Source of the DNA: Schizochytrium sp. TIO01
Taxonomy: Eukaryota > Protista > Bigyra: Labyrinthulomycetes
NCBI GenBank assembly: GCA_004764695.1
Contig: SMSO01000032.1
Span: 434,001-498,000 of the forward strand
Direction of reading: 5' to 3'
DNA length: 64,000 nucleotides
Position numbers and translations under genes: made by a program. The notes below the pieces were generated by a model that was given only the letters and a program-made list of their open reading frames with translations, was not told the origin of the DNA and searched no databases. Shown one piece after another: positions 61,664 through 64,000 of the stretch (position 1 is its first letter; each line of letters begins with the position of its first letter).

Positions 61664-62611
61664 TGTCAGTCAAGGTCGGCCGTAGAGCAAGTTTCCCTCG
61701 GAGTGACTTATGCCTTGGATGATTTGGCTTTTGGTGTCTGTGACTTATTTTTGGAGCGAGATTGCAATTTTTGCAGCTTCAAACCATTAAAATAAAAAAA
61801 AGTGACACGAACCTAAATGGTGAAGAGTTAAGGGCTCTTATTTGTGCAGGAGCTGACCAGCTCCAACTCTATAGAAGCAATGTTATCCATGTATCGATAA
61901 GTCTCTCACACACAGACAAGCAAACTTAGACTTGAAGTTTTCCAGGAGTGGCTGAAACAAGCTTGATAAAAATTTCTGTTAACTTCATCTATTTGGCAAA
62001 GACCACCCTTGAGAGATGGAAATCCACAGGAAATGAGACAAATTTGAGAATTTCCGTGGCGACTTGTTGAAAGGAAACTAAGAAAGTTAGGAACGATGTG
62101 AACCGAGCACGCCCCGCCTAGTGCGATGGAGAAGAATGATGTCTGGATGAGTCGTGGCGAACTGTTCAGTAAAGATAAAAATCAGTGTGGTACGGAACCT
62201 AATGCTTCATCGTGCAACGTTTTGAAGAGACAAAGGTCAATCAGGGTTAGATATTTGTAAGGTTATTGCAGATGCAACTGACACTGCTCGCAGGGAGAGC
62301 TATGGCACTGTACCATGATTCTAAAGTTTAATGTGCAAATTAGCAGCTTCCAACACCACAATAGCAAATAATATTCACATACAATGATTCTGCCTCAGTG
62401 CTCAGCATGTCCAGTTGAAAACACCCATAAAGGTTATTTCGTTATTTGAGCTGACATCTTGTCCTTGTCCATAATGTATATAGCGTCTTGAATTTACCTT
62501 GAGATGACGATCTCTGCACCGTCTCGTTTGACTCCATTCAAGCCGAAGCCTACTGATTACCCTTAAGTAGTACTAGCAATGACACACGTATCAAAATAAC
62601 AAGCGACCAGA

Positions 62612-63635
62612 ATGGGCCTTGTAATAGAGCTCGATTGCCCCCATGGATGAGACGGGCCTTGCTGCGTGGTCTCTGACACAGCTGTTGGCAGCCCTTGCAG
62701 CACGGCTTCCAGCTTCACTGGCCTCCCAGCTCGCTGTTTGTGAGTTGGGATGCGGCGTGGCACCGGCGGCGCTACCTCTAGTGCTCCTCGAAAGCCCCGT
62801 TTCCACCCATCTCCAGAGCAGCAGCAGCGGAAGTCAACTCAGCGATGTCGGTCATGTGCGCAATAGCAAAGAGGATGGCACCAGCAATGACCAAGCCAAT
62901 GAATATGTTGCTGATGATCAGGATGCTGACAAAATAAGGATCGATTTGGACAAAATTGCAGATGAAAGCCCCAATGTTGCTGTCGATTCCCTCAGTAAAG
63001 CAGCTTTGGAAGGCTCTGGACCACGTCGCGTTGTATTGACAGACGTAAATGAAGAGGCCCTGGCACGTCTCAGCTCTTCACTAGAGGCCTCGGGTCGTCT
63101 TGGTGCAGGTGTAGAGGTGCAAGCCTTGGATTGGGCTGATTTGCAGGCTCTTGAGAAGTTAGAGGCTGCCTTTGATCTAGTCCTAGCGAGTGAGGTTCTA
63201 TATTACAATGTGGATGTTGCGTGCCTCATGAATGCAGGTGCAAAGCTTCTGAAGAAATCACACGGCGTCTGGATACTCTGCTCCTTTCTGCGGGGTACAA
63301 GCCTGCGTGAGTTGCGTCAGAAAGCAGCTGAGAGTGGCCTCCACATGCGTTTGCTGGACATTTTCCGCGTGAATGAAGAAATGCTTCAGGGACCAGCACA
63401 GGTTGAGGGATATGCAGTACTCTGCGCCATGCACGCAGTCCCGGAAACAAAGCTAGGGTCATATTCTGCTGGAGACGAATTGGATTTTGATCGCCCTTGG
63501 CTCTGGGAAACGCTTGGTCTTGCGCCATATGAGATTTCACTTGAGGAGGCAATAACCGGTGAGGATGAAGAGGATGCCGAGGCCAGTGGTGCTGTATGGA
63601 ATGTGCCCTTTGCTGGGGACAGTGATAGTGAGTAA
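62612..63635 (+). CDS. Family-16 (METTL21/22-like) methyltransferase; the true start is probably ATG 62612 via a +1 break at 62638-62642, otherwise ATG 62643
   Basis: ETGLAAW, VCELGCG, VVLTD, LDW, FDLVLASEVLY. Confidence 0.85.
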
Positions 63636-64000
63636 TTTCGTGAACCATAGCGAATTGACGTGTATGCTTTAAAATAGCAAAGCTCATGTTTTTTTGTTTT
63701 TGTTTTTTTTTAAATAAATAATTTGATGAATTAGTACCTATGGGTCTATGTCAGTACAAGAGTCCCAGCGCGCCAATCTTTTATGTCTGTATTCGTGCTC
63801 GTTTTAGTTGATGGAGATTTTCTAAGGATCGGAAAAATGAGAAAATGAGGAAGATAAACTTAAGATGTGATAAATTAAATGTCAAACTGTGGCCAAGGAT
63901 GTTTCGGCCGAAGAAATTATGAAGCGATTCTCATTAGTTGATAAGTGCTGCTCCATAGCAAGATGCTAGCTAGTTAGCTATCTGGTGAGCAAACGAGAGG

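Noticed and set aside
49630-61795. Long antisense or alternate-frame ORFs (e.g. 49630..50310, 55888..56580, 58617..59306, 60983..61795)
   Set aside because: Shadows of real genes, explained by codon bias.

Overview
Eukaryotic nuclear DNA, intron-poor, with AT-rich spacers that carry many microsatellites. The gene set and style fit a flagellated heterotrophic stramenopile such as a thraustochytrid (inference, not verified). About 19 protein-coding genes are present: a partial gene with an N-myristoylation motif at the left edge, homoserine O-acetyltransferase, VAMP7, a degenerate HET/TIR-like + TPR protein, Zwilch, a type IIA topoisomerase with an organelle-type presequence, IFT20, two METTL21-like (family 16) methyltransferases, a SKICH-like/DUF4062-like/NACHT protein with a 51-Q tract, two divergent paralogous Ser/Thr kinases, IFT81, EI24, a PTS1-bearing PaaI thioesterase, a 2OG-Fe(II) oxygenase, a GT61 glycosyltransferase, a GBF1/GNOM ARF-GEF and a metallo-beta-lactamase-fold hydrolase. 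Four apparent reading-frame breaks in three genes are all +1 and all next to short homopolymers. These are most likely assembly insertions, but recoding or micro-introns are not excluded. The 8 kb gap between the kinases holds a heavily decayed Ty3/gypsy-like gag-PR-RT relic and a ~170 bp tandem duplication whose consensus reconstructs a NYN/PIN nuclease motif. A ~50-copy (GAGAAT)n array lies upstream of the ARF-GEF. No rRNA, tRNA or CRISPR array was recognised. No single clearly novel multi-gene system could be demonstrated from the sequence alone.
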